Assembly (NCBI GenBank): GCA_046152935.1
Contig: JBJXGB010000103.1
Span: 3,983-67,982 of the forward strand
Source of the DNA: Cytophagales bacterium
GTDB taxonomy: Bacteria > Bacteroidota > Bacteroidia > Cytophagales > UBA9547
Length of the DNA stretch: 64,000 nt
Reading direction: 5' to 3'
Below are positions 30,966 to 45,096 of the stretch, one piece after another (positions within the stretch are counted from its first letter, which is position 1; each line of letters opens with the position of its first letter). The notes under the pieces were generated by a model. It had not been told where the DNA came from, did no database searches, and saw nothing but the letters and a program-made list of their open reading frames with translations. The position numbers and the translations under genes were made by a program.

Positions 30966-33900
30966 ATGACAAGGTCAAAATCACTACTATTTTCAATTGC
31001 TATTGCCAATTTTTCAATAGCATTTGTTTTTAGTGCATTCTCTCAAAATGAAAAATTTCTACTTCCCTATCAATCACCCGAAAACCAATTTTATTGGAAA
31101 AATAATAAACTTTTGTCGAAAGATTATTGGCAACAAGACGTGGCTTACAGCATAAAAGCAAGCATTGACGATAAAAACGACATTATCAATGCCGATTTTT
31201 ACCAATTAAAATACACCAACAATTCGCCAGCAGAGCTTACAGAAATATATTTCCATTTGTATGACAATGCCTATCAAAAAGACTCGTACTACCACGAGCT
31301 TTGGAAAGCCAATAAAGTAGATCCAAAATTTGGGAAATACGAAGCAGAAAAAAAGGGAATAGAAACACAAAACTGGCAAGTAAATGGGCAAAATGTAAAA
31401 ACAGAATTAGACAATACCATCATCAAAATATCGCTCAATACACCATTAAAAACTGGTGAAAGCCTTGAAATTACCTGTCAATTTAAAACCTACTGGGACA
31501 AAGGTGCAATGCGAAGACGCAGCAAATCTTTCAAAAACAAAGATAATACCAAGCATTTTGATGGCGTGCATTGGTACCCAGTAGTGTGTGTGTATGATAA
31601 ATACTTCACTTGGCATACCGATCAACACCTCGACAAAGAATATTATGCTAATTTTGGCAGTTTTGATGTGGAACTTACTTTTCCGCAAGAATATATTGTG
31701 GAGGCTTCCGGTGTATTGAAAAATGAAAATGAAGTATTGCCAGAGGATTTGAAAGCAAAACTCAATCTTAAAAATTTTAAAGACAAACCATTTGATTCTC
31801 AGGCATCTACCATCGTCCCGAAAGAAGAAGGCAAAACAAAAACTTGGAAGTTTTATGGGCTGAACATTCACAATTTCGCTTTTACAGCCGACCCTTTGTA
31901 TCGTTTTGAATCGATAGATTTGAATGGAATAAAAATAATAGCCCTTGTTCAAGAACCTCATGCGGCAAAATGGCAACAATCGGCCAGTTTTACAGTACAA
32001 ATAATGGAAACGTACATCAAAGACTTTGGCACTTATATATGGCCAAAAATAATAGTGGCCGATGCCGATGATGGCATGGAATACCCAATGTTGACATTAG
32101 ATGGAGGCACATATCCACAGCACCAATATTTGCTGGCACACGAAGTTGGACACATGTGGTTTTATGGCATGTTGGGCTCAAACGAAACTTACAGGGCTAG
32201 TCTAGATGAAGGGTTCACCCAATTTCTCACCATTTGGAGCATGGACAAAATTACTGGCAAAAAGAAATTCAGACCTGCCCCATTCAAATTTTTGCAATCG
32301 TTTTCTGATAGCTCGGTAAATCGTTTCGATCGCCTTTACACTAGCTATTTGGCAGATGTTTGGACGGGCTATGACGAACCATTAAATACACATTCCAACG
32401 GATTCAACAGTGGAATACGGCAATCTGGTGGCTACAGGGCTGTTTATAACAAAACTGGCGTAATGCTTTACAATTTAAAATACGTGTTGGGCGACACCTT
32501 ATTTCAGAAAGCCATGCAACATTATGTAAAAAAATGGACGGGCGCTCACCCCTACCCACAAGATTTTAGAGAGGCTATTACAGAATATGTAAAAACAGAT
32601 CTTACTTGGTTTTTTGACCAATGGCTGGAAACTACCAAAAATATCGATTATAAAATTGAAAGAGTAATAAAGATAAAATCGAATGATACCACGAAAATCG
32701 ACAGTTTGAAAACCAATATCTATGGAATAAAATTTGCACGTCTTGGCAGAATGCAAATGCCGATCGATTTTACCGTTTCAAACAAACAAGGCAAAAAATT
32801 TGACTATCATATTCCAAACACTTGGTTTATAAAAGCAACCAACGCTCAAATATTACCAAAATGGTATGGCTGGGATTTGCTCAACAGCACCTACCAAACC
32901 ACGGTCACCATTACTGGAAGTCTAAAGGAGGTAGAAATTGATCCAGCGCATATTTTGGCCGATAAAGACCTCACTAACAACTCATTAAACAATTTTTACG
33001 ATATTAAACTTAAACACAATTTGCCGAACCCACCATCGTGGGAAAAACTAAAACTGTATTTAAGACCTGCTTTGTGGTGGAACCGATTTGACGGCTTGCA
33101 AATAGGTGGCGGTAGTAGCCGAGAATATTTCAACCAAAATTATTGGCAAGAAATGACGATCTGGTACAATTCTAGATTGGCGCAAGACAATATTTTTGGA
33201 GATGATTCGAAGAAAAACAGAAATGTTTCTATTCAATTTAGCGACAAATACAACCTTTCAAAACATTGGCGACAACTTTACTATGTGTCTGATTTTCAAT
33301 TCAATGCGGGCCTAGTAAAGCACCAAGTTGGCTTTGAAAAAACATTTAGATACCAAGATTTACGCAATCCTCGCTATACAAAAATATTTATTCAACACGG
33401 GCTTATGTATCGCGATTTGCCTAGCGACAAATTATACCTTATTTATCCCGATTATTGGAGTGTTGGCAAATTCAACACGTATATTCAAGCCGGGATCACG
33501 CGAAATTATCCCATCAACACAAAAGGCAATGGTGAATGGACGCTAGAAGCCAGATTACCAGGCATTTACAACGATTTCAATTATTCGTATTTACAATACA
33601 CAAGCATTGTAAACTACAATATAGCGAAATTTGAGTGGAAAATAAGGGCTTTCGGGCGATTGGGTTTTGGCAACACTCCTTTGGAATCTTCTTTATATTT
33701 GGCAGGTGCATCGCCAGAGCAGCTATTTGCCAATAAACTTACCCGTGCTGCTGGTTTTGTACCCAGCGATTGGGAAGGTTACGACAATAACACGAATCAT
33801 TTTCAAATGGGCGGAGGCCTGAATATCAGGGGCTTTGCTGGCTATGTAGCTCCCACAGACGACAATGGTACAATCACTCTTAATTATGTAGGAAAATCTG

Positions 33901-34220
33901 GGGCATCGCTCTCGTTCGAGCTCGATTTTGATAAATTTATACCCCTGAAACCAAATCGCTACACCAAATATTTTCATTTCGATACCTACTTATTTCACGA
34001 TATGGGTATTTTGGCATTTCAAAACTCCTCAAACGACCAACGGTTTGGAAATTTAAGAATGTCGAGTGGTGTAGGTACTGCCTTGACAGTAAAAATCGAC
34101 CAATTGAATATAAAACCATTTACCATTCGCTTCGATGTGCCATTATTTCTCAATGCTAGCCCAGCGGGAACTGGAAATACGGATTTTAGGTATGTAGTCG
34201 GGATAAATAGAAGCTTCTAA
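30966..34220 (+). CDS. M1-family zinc metallopeptidase fused to a C-terminal Omp85-like beta-barrel region
   Basis: Signal peptide, then the gluzincin signature HEVGHMWFYG-x-LDEGF (HExxH-x18-E). The C-terminal roughly 390 aa are beta-rich, contain GGGLNIRGF and FHDMG (Omp85 L6 RGF/Y-like and FxDxG-like motifs) and end in ..INRSF. Confidence 0.8.
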   Translation: MTRSKSLLFSIAIANFSIAFVFSAFSQNEKFLLPYQSPENQFYWKNNKLLSKDYWQQDVAYSIKASIDDKNDIINADFYQLKYTNNSPAELTEIYFHLYDNAYQKDSYYHELWKANKVDPKFGKYEAEKKGIETQNWQVNGQNVKTELDNTIIKISLNTPLKTGESLEITCQFKTYWDKGAMRRRSKSFKNKDNTKHFDGVHWYPVVCVYDKYFTWHTDQHLDKEYYANFGSFDVELTFPQEYIVEASGVLKNENEVLPEDLKAKLNLKNFKDKPFDSQASTIVPKEEGKTKTWKFYGLNIHNFAFTADPLYRFESIDLNGIKIIALVQEPHAAKWQQSASFTVQIMETYIKDFGTYIWPKIIVADADDGMEYPMLTLDGGTYPQHQYLLAHEVGHMWFYGMLGSNETYRASLDEGFTQFLTIWSMDKITGKKKFRPAPFKFLQSFSDSSVNRFDRLYTSYLADVWTGYDEPLNTHSNGFNSGIRQSGGYRAVYNKTGVMLYNLKYVLGDTLFQKAMQHYVKKWTGAHPYPQDFREAITEYVKTDLTWFFDQWLETTKNIDYKIERVIKIKSNDTTKIDSLKTNIYGIKFARLGRMQMPIDFTVSNKQGKKFDYHIPNTWFIKATNAQILPKWYGWDLLNSTYQTTVTITGSLKEVEIDPAHILADKDLTNNSLNNFYDIKLKHNLPNPPSWEKLKLYLRPALWWNRFDGLQIGGGSSREYFNQNYWQEMTIWYNSRLAQDNIFGDDSKKNRNVSIQFSDKYNLSKHWRQLYYVSDFQFNAGLVKHQVGFEKTFRYQDLRNPRYTKIFIQHGLMYRDLPSDKLYLIYPDYWSVGKFNTYIQAGITRNYPINTKGNGEWTLEARLPGIYNDFNYSYLQYTSIVNYNIAKFEWKIRAFGRLGFGNTPLESSLYLAGASPEQLFANKLTRAAGFVPSDWEGYDNNTNHFQMGGGLNIRGFAGYVAPTDDNGTITLNYVGKSGASLSFELDFDKFIPLKPNRYTKYFHFDTYLFHDMGILAFQNSSNDQRFGNLRMSSGVGTALTVKIDQLNIKPFTIRFDVPLFLNASPAGTGNTDFRYVVGINRSF

Positions 34221-34231
34221 TTTCATTCTGA

Positions 34232-36352
<2,121 letters not shown>

Positions 36353-36391
36353 TATCCATAAAGATTTATATATTTTATGGTAAATTCATAC

Positions 36392-37285
36392 TCATTTTAG
36401 AGCTTTTAGGCTCATATCTAAGCTGTTGTACGAATGTGTCAATGCCCCAACAGAGATATAATCTACTCCAGTTTCAGCGATTGCTTTTATGGTATTAATA
36501 TTGACGCCACCCGAAGCTTCGGTATCTACCTTGCCCTTGCAAATTTGCACGGCCTCTTTTAGCATTTCATTGGGCATATTATCTAGTAATATTCGCTCGA
36601 TATTACCAAAAGACAAGGCTTGATGAACTTCTGTCAAATTGCGAGTTTCTATCACTATCTTCAGATCTAAATCGTTATTTTTGAGATAGTTAGCTGTATT
36701 CTCGAGTGCATTGACGATGCCACCTGAGTAATCAATATGATTGTCTTTTATCAAAATCATATCGTACAAACCAAAACGATGATTCTTACCACCTCCAATC
36801 AATACAGCCCATTTTTCAAGCATTCTAAAATTGGGAGTTGTTTTTCGGGTGTCTAGCAATTTGGCTTTGGTATGTTTTATGGCATTGTTAAAATCGCTTG
36901 TTAAAGTGGCGATGGCACTCATGCGCTGCATACAATTCAATACCAAACGCTCAGCCGCAAGTATCGAAATGGATTTTCCTTCGACCACAAACCCAATTTC
37001 GCCTTTCTTTACTGCATCGCCATCTTTTACAAAATATTCGATTTTCAAACCAGAATCTACTGCCTCAAAAATATATTTCGATAATTCCAAGCCAGCCACC
37101 ATACCATTATCTTTAAAAATCAATTGCGCTTTGCCCATTTTACTTTCACCAACAGTAGCCAAAGAAGTATGGTCGCCAGTGCCAATATCTTCTTGCAACG
37201 CATTTTGAATGAAAATATTGAGTTTTTCGACTGTGATATACGGGGGAAACATAAATTGAAATTGAAGTAATGGCTGGAGTTTCAA
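36392..37285 (-). CDS. nadC: nicotinate-nucleotide diphosphorylase (carboxylating)
   Basis: QPRTase pattern: ..LLDTRKTTPNFR..EKWAVLIGGGKNHRFGLYD..LIKDNH... The true start is probably the internal Met at about 37252 (MFPPYI..). Confidence 0.9.
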   Translation of the reverse strand: MKLQPLLQFQFMFPPYITVEKLNIFIQNALQEDIGTGDHTSLATVGESKMGKAQLIFKDNGMVAGLELSKYIFEAVDSGLKIEYFVKDGDAVKKGEIGFVVEGKSISILAAERLVLNCMQRMSAIATLTSDFNNAIKHTKAKLLDTRKTTPNFRMLEKWAVLIGGGKNHRFGLYDMILIKDNHIDYSGGIVNALENTANYLKNNDLDLKIVIETRNLTEVHQALSFGNIERILLDNMPNEMLKEAVQICKGKVDTEASGGVNINTIKAIAETGVDYISVGALTHSYNSLDMSLKALK

Positions 37286-37288
37286 TGG

Positions 37289-37696
37289 CTAATTTAACAT
37301 ACTACTGAAGATTTCCGCCATTTTTTTCTGTCCGATGGGTTTTAACATGTATCCGGTAACTTCTTTTATTCTATTCGCCCTCGAAATATCGCGTTCATCA
37401 ACAGAAGAACTTACCATATATATAAGAACAGTCTTGGGTAAAATGTCCTTGAATAGTATAAATTCATCTAGAAATTGCCAACCATCCATAACAGGCATAT
37501 TCACATCAAGAAAAATAATATCGGGCAAATTAGTGGCATTATTGATCTCCAACTTGAAAAAATCTATGGCTTGCTCTCCGTTTGAAAAAACAATTATTTT
37601 GTCTACAAGCTGCGTTTTTTTTATTTCTATCGAAGCTGTAAATTGATAAATGTCGTCATCATCTATTATACAGACTGTATCTAGTTTTCCTTCCAT
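37289..37696 (-). CDS. single-domain response regulator (CheY-like receiver)
   Basis: Receiver motifs IIDDDD and the phospho-acceptor context IIFLDVNMPVMDG. There is no output domain. It overlaps the end of the upstream kinase frame by 16 nt. Confidence 0.85.
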   Translation of the reverse strand: MEGKLDTVCIIDDDDIYQFTASIEIKKTQLVDKIIVFSNGEQAIDFFKLEINNATNLPDIIFLDVNMPVMDGWQFLDEFILFKDILPKTVLIYMVSSSVDERDISRANRIKEVTGYMLKPIGQKKMAEIFSSMLN

Positions 37697-39249
37697 TGAT
37701 TTATGTATTTATTAAATTGAATTGTAAATTTTGTACCCTTATCAATTTCACTTTCTGCAAAAATAGTACCGCCCATCGTTTCTATTTGGTTTTTGGTAAT
37801 AAATAAACCAACGCCTTTTGCATCAGGATGCTCGTGAAAGGTTTTCTTAAGTCCAAAAAGTTTGTGTTCATGTTTTTGCATATCTATGCCAAGCCCATTG
37901 TCTTCACAAACTAGGAAAATTATGCCATCTTTATCAATATTTGTAGTAAAATTTATTTTGGGTTTTCGATTTTTCGATTTGTATTTGATAGCATTGGTTA
38001 GCAAATTCAGCACAATACTTTCTAGGTATATTTTTGGGTATTCTACAGATTCACACTTACTAAAATCGGATTGAATATCGGCTTCGGTTTGCTTTATTTG
38101 CCATTCTAAGTTAATCAGATGTTTGTTAAGTATTTAATCAAACCCTAGTATTTCCTTGGGAATATCTGTATTTTGCCTTATTTGAACTACCTCGCTTAAA
38201 TCAGAAACTGTTGCAGAAAGCGTATCAAAAGCAATAATAATTTTTTCAAACACAAATTTTTTAAACTCTTCTGTGTTTTCCTCTTTTAATAAATCAATCA
38301 GTGACGACAAATTTGAAACAGGCGATCGCAAATTGTGAGAGACTAGATAGGTAAAATCTTCTAGAATTTTATGCTTCTTCTCGAGCCTTTTGGCAATTAT
38401 TTCTAGATTAGCAACATTGTTGCTTAGTTCGATCTCGTACATTTTTTGAGCAGTGATGTCTTTGGTAATCGTCAACACATCTTCGGGTTTCTCACCATTT
38501 TCATTCTCAAGCGGAATAATTGACATTGAAAAATGACTCATTTTAGAGCCGTTTGTGTTAGAAAAAAACTCAAAACTTTGCGCTTCATTTGCATCGAAAG
38601 CTTTTTCTAGTTTTTGCACAAATAATTCGTTGTTTTTTGAGCCACCTTCTTTATCCATTTGTAATATTGTCTTTTCGATAATGTCGCTAGTTTCTATGTT
38701 TCTAAATTTGCCTACGGTGTTGTTGATGAATTTACAAGTTAAATCCTTTCCAATTCTTGTAATGATGTCTGGATTGCCATTAACAAGTGTTTTGAACTGC
38801 TTTTCGCTTTCTGCTAGTTTTTGGTATGCCTCTGACAACTTCCTTATTTGCCCATCGATAATGTATTGAAGCCCCGATGGAGAATTATATTGTAAAGCCG
38901 TTGGAAGAAATCTGTATAAGATAAATACAGTCGCCCATGAGATGATGGCAGTAAAAAACAGCAAAAAAGCATTGAATTTATAAATGGGCACCGAAAATAT
39001 AAGGGCGTCTCTCATATTTGTGGTGCCACACAAAAAAATAAAAAGGATAAAGCAAACGAATATTCTTATAAAAACCTTTTTACTCCCTCTTACTGTTAGT
39101 TTCATGAGCAAAATAGGAATCGAAAAATAAGCCCCCCAAATAGCAGTATTCGATCCAATGTAAAACCATCCAAGTTCATCGCTCCAGTTTCCACACATAC
39201 ATCGAGGCATAAAGCCTTCAGAGCTGAATATTGAGCCTATTATCTCCAC
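37681..39249 (-). pseudogene. PAS sensor histidine kinase interrupted by one in-frame TAA (38134-38136)
   Basis: ORF 38134-39249 encodes the TM segments, a PAS domain and the H-box (SHNLRSPVSNL). ORF 37681-38013 encodes the N/G boxes (LNLLTNAIKY, DNGLGI, GVGLFI). The two are in the same frame, and the 40 codons between them are open. Confidence 0.75.
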
Positions 39250-39574
39250 CCAGTCATTAAAAACATTTTGTGTTTAAAAATTTCGATAATTAAAGTAGAA
39301 ATTTCATTACTTTAATTAATCAATAAATCCCTTTTCTGTATAAAAGTAACAGCATTGGACAATTGAAATATTTCTTGACATTGAAGTCTATCAAAAATGG
39401 GAAAGAACGTGTCAAAATATTTTTAAAAATCTGTTCTGCTCAACATGGCTTCGTGTTGATTGTCTAAAACTGCTTTTTTCAAAAAAACAGCCATAAAATT
39501 AAATATTTCGTGCCTTTCCCTTATTTTCGCATTCTAGATCAAGCAAATCCCTTATCAATCCATAAAATATACAA

Positions 39575-40558
39575 ATGAGAGAGGTTCAAATGAGAGAAGC
39601 CCTTCGTGAAGCCATGAGCGAAGAAATGCGAAATGACAAAGGCATTTATTTAATGGGCGAAGAAGTTGCAGAATACAATGGGGCTTACAAAGTGAGCCAA
39701 GGAATGTTGGAAGAATTTGGGGCAAAACGAGTAATCGACACGCCAATTGCAGAATTGGGCTTCACTGGAATAGGTATCGGTTCTGCCATGAATGGCTTGA
39801 GACCCATTATTGAATTTATGACTTTCAACTTTTCTCTCGTTGCAATCGATCAGATTATCAACAGTGCTGCCAAAATGATGTCGATGACTGGCGGACAATA
39901 TTCTTGCCCAATCGTGTTCAGAGGCCCTACTGGCAGTGCAGGTATGCTGAGCTCACAACATTCGCAGGCATTCGACAATTGGTTTGCCAACACTCCAGGT
40001 TTAAAAGTGGTAGTTCCTTCCAACAATGCAGATGCCAAAGGATTGTTAAAATCTTCGATTCGAGACAATGACCCTATTATCTTTATGGAATCGGAGCAAA
40101 TGTATGGAGATAAAGGTATGATTCCCGATGGTGAGTATACCATACCCATTGGCGTAGCAAATACTATCAAAGAAGGCAAAGATGTTACTATTGTTAGTTT
40201 CGGAAAAATGATTCCACGTGTGGTAATGCCTGCTATTGAAGAATTGGAAAAACAAGGAATAAGTGTAGAATTGATCGATTTACGCACTATTCGCCCTATT
40301 GATTACGCTGCTGTGGTAAATTCTGTAAAGAAAACGAACAGATGTGTAGTAGTAGAAGAGGCCTGGCCTTTGGGTTGTATAGCCACAGAAATTACTTACC
40401 ATTTGCAACGATATGCCTTTGATTATTTAGATGCTCCAGTCATTAGGGTTACATTTAAAGATTTGCCACTACCTTACGCCCCTACTTTGATCGATGAAAT
40501 AATGCCAACACCAGCCAGAGTGATAAATGCGGTAAAGCAAGTGCTGTACAAAAACTAA
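39575..40558 (+). CDS. pdhB: pyruvate/2-oxoacid dehydrogenase E1 component subunit beta
   Basis: 327 aa. It matches transketolase-like E1-beta throughout: ..GEEVAEYNGAYKVSQG..RVIDTPIAE.GF.G.. and ..IFMESEQMYG... Confidence 0.9.
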   Translation: MREVQMREALREAMSEEMRNDKGIYLMGEEVAEYNGAYKVSQGMLEEFGAKRVIDTPIAELGFTGIGIGSAMNGLRPIIEFMTFNFSLVAIDQIINSAAKMMSMTGGQYSCPIVFRGPTGSAGMLSSQHSQAFDNWFANTPGLKVVVPSNNADAKGLLKSSIRDNDPIIFMESEQMYGDKGMIPDGEYTIPIGVANTIKEGKDVTIVSFGKMIPRVVMPAIEELEKQGISVELIDLRTIRPIDYAAVVNSVKKTNRCVVVEEAWPLGCIATEITYHLQRYAFDYLDAPVIRVTFKDLPLPYAPTLIDEIMPTPARVINAVKQVLYKN

Positions 40559-40709
40559 ATTCTCTTCTTATAATTTACGTTACAAATTCCCGTTTGAGAT
40601 TTAATCAAATGGGAATTTTTGTTTTTGAAATAGAAATTCGAAATCAAAAAAGCTCCAAGTGTTTTAAAAATCCAAATTGTTGTAGTTTATTTTCAAAAAC
40701 CTGGTCGCT

Positions 40710-42194
40710 ATGAAGTTTTTACGTCTTTGTTTTTTTATCTTTTCACTTGTCTTCTCTTTCAAATCTTATACTCAGGTAAACCTCAAAACCTATTACGACA
40801 AAGAAAAATACTTATTGAAAGAAGATTTTTTTGTGAATGATAGAAAAGACCGGGTTTTGGATGGCCATTACTCAAGATATTTCCCCAAAGGGTCGCCTGA
40901 ACTAATTGGCAGGTACACAAAAGGAAAAAAGGATTCGGTGTTCTGCGAGTACCACGAAAATGGAAATCTAAAAACACAAATGGCGTTCAAAAACGGCAAA
41001 AAAAATGGCACTTTTTTTATTTATTACGATGAAGGTACACCTTTCCAAAAAGGCATCTATAAAAATGATTCTCTTTTTGATACGCTCTACACGTATTTCC
41101 CAAACAAAATATTAAAAATAAAAGCAAAATTTAACAGCGATCGCATAAATGGCGAAATGATTACAAATTATGAAACGGGAAATTTAAAGCAAATAGCTGA
41201 TTATCAGAATAATACGCCTAATGGTGTTACTTTAGATTTCTACGAAGATGGAATCACATTGGCAGGCGAAACTTACTTTGTAGAAGGCAAACTGAATGGA
41301 AATTACAAAACATTTTATACCAATACCAACATCGAAACGGAAGGTACAAATACAAATGGCGTTAAAAATGGTATTTGTAAAAACTATTTTTCTACTGGCA
41401 AACTTGCCATGGAGGCCAATTACAGCGAAGGTATTTTGAACGGAAAAGCCACTTCTTTCTTTGAATCTGGCTCTAAAATGGGCGAATTTTATTATACCAA
41501 GGGAACAAAAGAAGGCTATTACACACTTTATTGGGAAAATGGAAATAAAAAAGAAGAAAATGTGGTGGATAATGAATCGCAAACTCAAAACAAGAAATTA
41601 TATTTTCAATCTGGTATTTTGGCTGCAGTGCAGCAATGGGACGGCTTGAAAAAAACAGGTAGATGGAACTTTTACTATCGCTCTGGCAAAGACAGCATAG
41701 CTGAAAAATACCAAGAAAATAAGATTTGGGGCGATCGGATTGTTTATTATCCTAATGGAAAAATGTATGAAAAACAGCTGTGGTTCAATGGTTTCAAGCA
41801 AGGAATTACGGCTCGATACAATGAAAATGGCATCTTAAAGGCTGAATTTACATTCTCAAGAAACGATTTGAGAGGTTTGTCAAGAACCTATCACGACAAC
41901 GGAAAATTGGAATCAGAAGGCAATTTAATTTTTGGAAAAAAATCGGGTGCTTGGAATTTTTATGACAAAACTGCCAGATTATCCAAAATAACCTACTATA
42001 GAATGGATAAACCACTGCGAAGTGAAATAATAGCCAAAAATAAAGACTTAAAACCTGCTAAAATCGAAAATGTTGAAACTTTGATAGCCCAACCTGTGCA
42101 AAACGTCAAACCCAAAAACCAACCGTCAACTAAAAAGAAAAATGATGATAAAAAATTGTACCAATACAAGCCCAACCAACCTGGTCCCAAATAA
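40710..42194 (+). CDS. MORN-variant (YwqK-like) repeat protein with a Lys/Pro-rich tail
   Basis: Signal peptide. More than 12 repeats follow the pattern G.....Y(Y/H).NG.(L/K)..E..(Y/F)..G. The C-terminal tail is ..KPKNQPSTKKKNDDKKLYQYKPNQPGPK. Confidence 0.7.
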   Translation: MKFLRLCFFIFSLVFSFKSYTQVNLKTYYDKEKYLLKEDFFVNDRKDRVLDGHYSRYFPKGSPELIGRYTKGKKDSVFCEYHENGNLKTQMAFKNGKKNGTFFIYYDEGTPFQKGIYKNDSLFDTLYTYFPNKILKIKAKFNSDRINGEMITNYETGNLKQIADYQNNTPNGVTLDFYEDGITLAGETYFVEGKLNGNYKTFYTNTNIETEGTNTNGVKNGICKNYFSTGKLAMEANYSEGILNGKATSFFESGSKMGEFYYTKGTKEGYYTLYWENGNKKEENVVDNESQTQNKKLYFQSGILAAVQQWDGLKKTGRWNFYYRSGKDSIAEKYQENKIWGDRIVYYPNGKMYEKQLWFNGFKQGITARYNENGILKAEFTFSRNDLRGLSRTYHDNGKLESEGNLIFGKKSGAWNFYDKTARLSKITYYRMDKPLRSEIIAKNKDLKPAKIENVETLIAQPVQNVKPKNQPSTKKKNDDKKLYQYKPNQPGPK

Positions 42195-42426
42195 GGAGAT
42201 AAATCCCAAAATCCTATCCAACTTAGCTTCCTCATAAGAATTTTTATGGCGACTTGTAAAAAAGAAATTACCACAAGCAAACCATTGCCCAAAACCAGAT
42301 TAAATCATGCATTTACAAAATTATCAAAATATTATTCTTAATTTTTAAAAAATGGTTAGCAATACAAAATATTATTCTACATTTGATACAAAATACACAT
42401 TTAGCTGTTTTTGTACAATCTTTTAA

Positions 42427-43734
<1,308 letters not shown>

Positions 43735-43750
43735 TAGAATTAATAATACC

Positions 43751-43788
43751 AAAACGGCCACAATATTCCATTTGTGGCCGTTTTTTTT
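43751..43788 (+). terminator. rho-independent terminator after metY
   Basis: AAAACGGCCACA (43751-43762) pairs with TGTGGCCGTTTT (43773-43784), followed by a T-run. Confidence 0.75.
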
Positions 43789-43910
43789 CGATATTCGTAT
43801 TTTTTCGTCACTCACCAATTGCCACTCCCAACCAAATCAATTAGCCTACAGAAGATTTATTTTTTTAATAATGTTGCCATTAGCAATGAATAAAAGTATC
43901 TGATTATGCC

Positions 43911-44447
43911 TTATTTAACAAACTTTTCATTGTAGGCCTTTATCGACTCTTCAATTATTTCTAAGGCATATTTTTTGTTGTAAAACGCCTCTACGATCAC
44001 TTCTTTGTGTTCGGCTTTCTTATAATCTTCAAAAAATCTACGAATTTCGCCCAGCATGTGCGGAGGCAATTCTTCAATATCATTCACATAATTTACAGCC
44101 ATATCGTTTTTGGCAACGGCTATTATTTTATCATCTCTTTCATTCCCATCTATCATTTGCATTACGCCTATTACTTTTGCTTCGATCAGACACATAGGTA
44201 CTACATCTTCCGAACATAAGACCAAAATGTCCAACGGATCTTGGTCATCGCAATAGGTTTTTGGTATAAAACCATAATTTGCTGGATAATGAACAGAAGA
44301 ATATAGAATACGATCCAATTTCAAAAGACCACTTTCTTTGTCGAGCTCGTATTTGGCTTTGCTCCCTTTGGGAATTTCGATGATGGCCTGCACTATTTCT
44401 GGAGCATTTTCTCCGAAACTCACATCGTGCCAAGGGTTAAAATTCAT
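43911..44447 (-). CDS. ppa: inorganic diphosphatase, soluble family I
   Basis: 178 aa. Motifs are ..[18 protein letters not shown].. and [10 protein letters not shown]...D.DPLD. Confidence 0.95.
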   Translation of the reverse strand: MNFNPWHDVSFGENAPEIVQAIIEIPKGSKAKYELDKESGLLKLDRILYSSVHYPANYGFIPKTYCDDQDPLDILVLCSEDVVPMCLIEAKVIGVMQMIDGNERDDKIIAVAKNDMAVNYVNDIEELPPHMLGEIRRFFEDYKKAEHKEVIVEAFYNKKYALEIIEESIKAYNEKFVK

Positions 44448-44638
44448 AGTAATGATGCTAAAAGTTATGAGATGACTTGTTAATAAATATCACAAAGCTA
44501 GTGCAAATTCGCTGCAAATTTTAAAAATTGCATACGTATTTTTGGCACTTAATTAGAGGCGGCATTGTTTGATTTGTAACTCGAACTTTTAGGGTAGAGA
44601 TTTTTGGAGAATAGCATTGTAAATAATTAGCCGAACAA

Positions 44639-45040
44639 ATGAAAATCGTTTCCAAAACACAATTCCAGGCATTTATTGGTCAGAAATGCCCGCAATGCCG
44701 AAAAGGCAATATGTTCAAATCATCTACTTACAATCTTTTGCATTTTGGCGATGCAAATACAAACTGCCCTCATTGCAATTTGTATTTCGAGCGTGAGCCA
44801 GGATTTTTTACTGGAGCCATGTATTTCAGCTATGCCATAAATGTTGCAATTATTGCCGTAGCAGGTGTAGGAATACAGTTTTTTTTCAATCCTGATATTT
44901 ATGTTTTGGTTGGATGTGTATCATTTGCCACACTTTTGGCCATGCCGTTCACATTTCGATATTCTCGCATGATGATGATGTATTTATTTTCAGGAGTAGA
45001 TTTTGACGAATCGAAAGCTGAAAAAGAAGTCTTAGTTTAA
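44639..45040 (+). CDS. DUF983 family membrane protein
   Basis: Two Cys pairs (CPQCRKG, CPHCNLYFEREPGFF) are followed by two hydrophobic segments, which fits the DUF983 pattern. Confidence 0.7.
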   Translation: MKIVSKTQFQAFIGQKCPQCRKGNMFKSSTYNLLHFGDANTNCPHCNLYFEREPGFFTGAMYFSYAINVAIIAVAGVGIQFFFNPDIYVLVGCVSFATLLAMPFTFRYSRMMMMYLFSGVDFDESKAEKEVLV

Positions 45041-45096
45041 ACTTTTAGTGCTCGTTATCGATTATTTGATAATTAAATGAAGAGAGACTAAAAAGC

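Noticed and set aside
31446-32000. 184-aa antisense ORF inside the M1 peptidase gene
   Set aside because: Same reasoning. It lies opposite the strongly supported catalytic domain and has no motif content.
37681-37696. 16-nt overlap between the kinase 3' end and the response regulator start, as a possible frameshift site
   Set aside because: Both frames terminate and start normally. Short overlaps of this kind are ordinary operon coupling.
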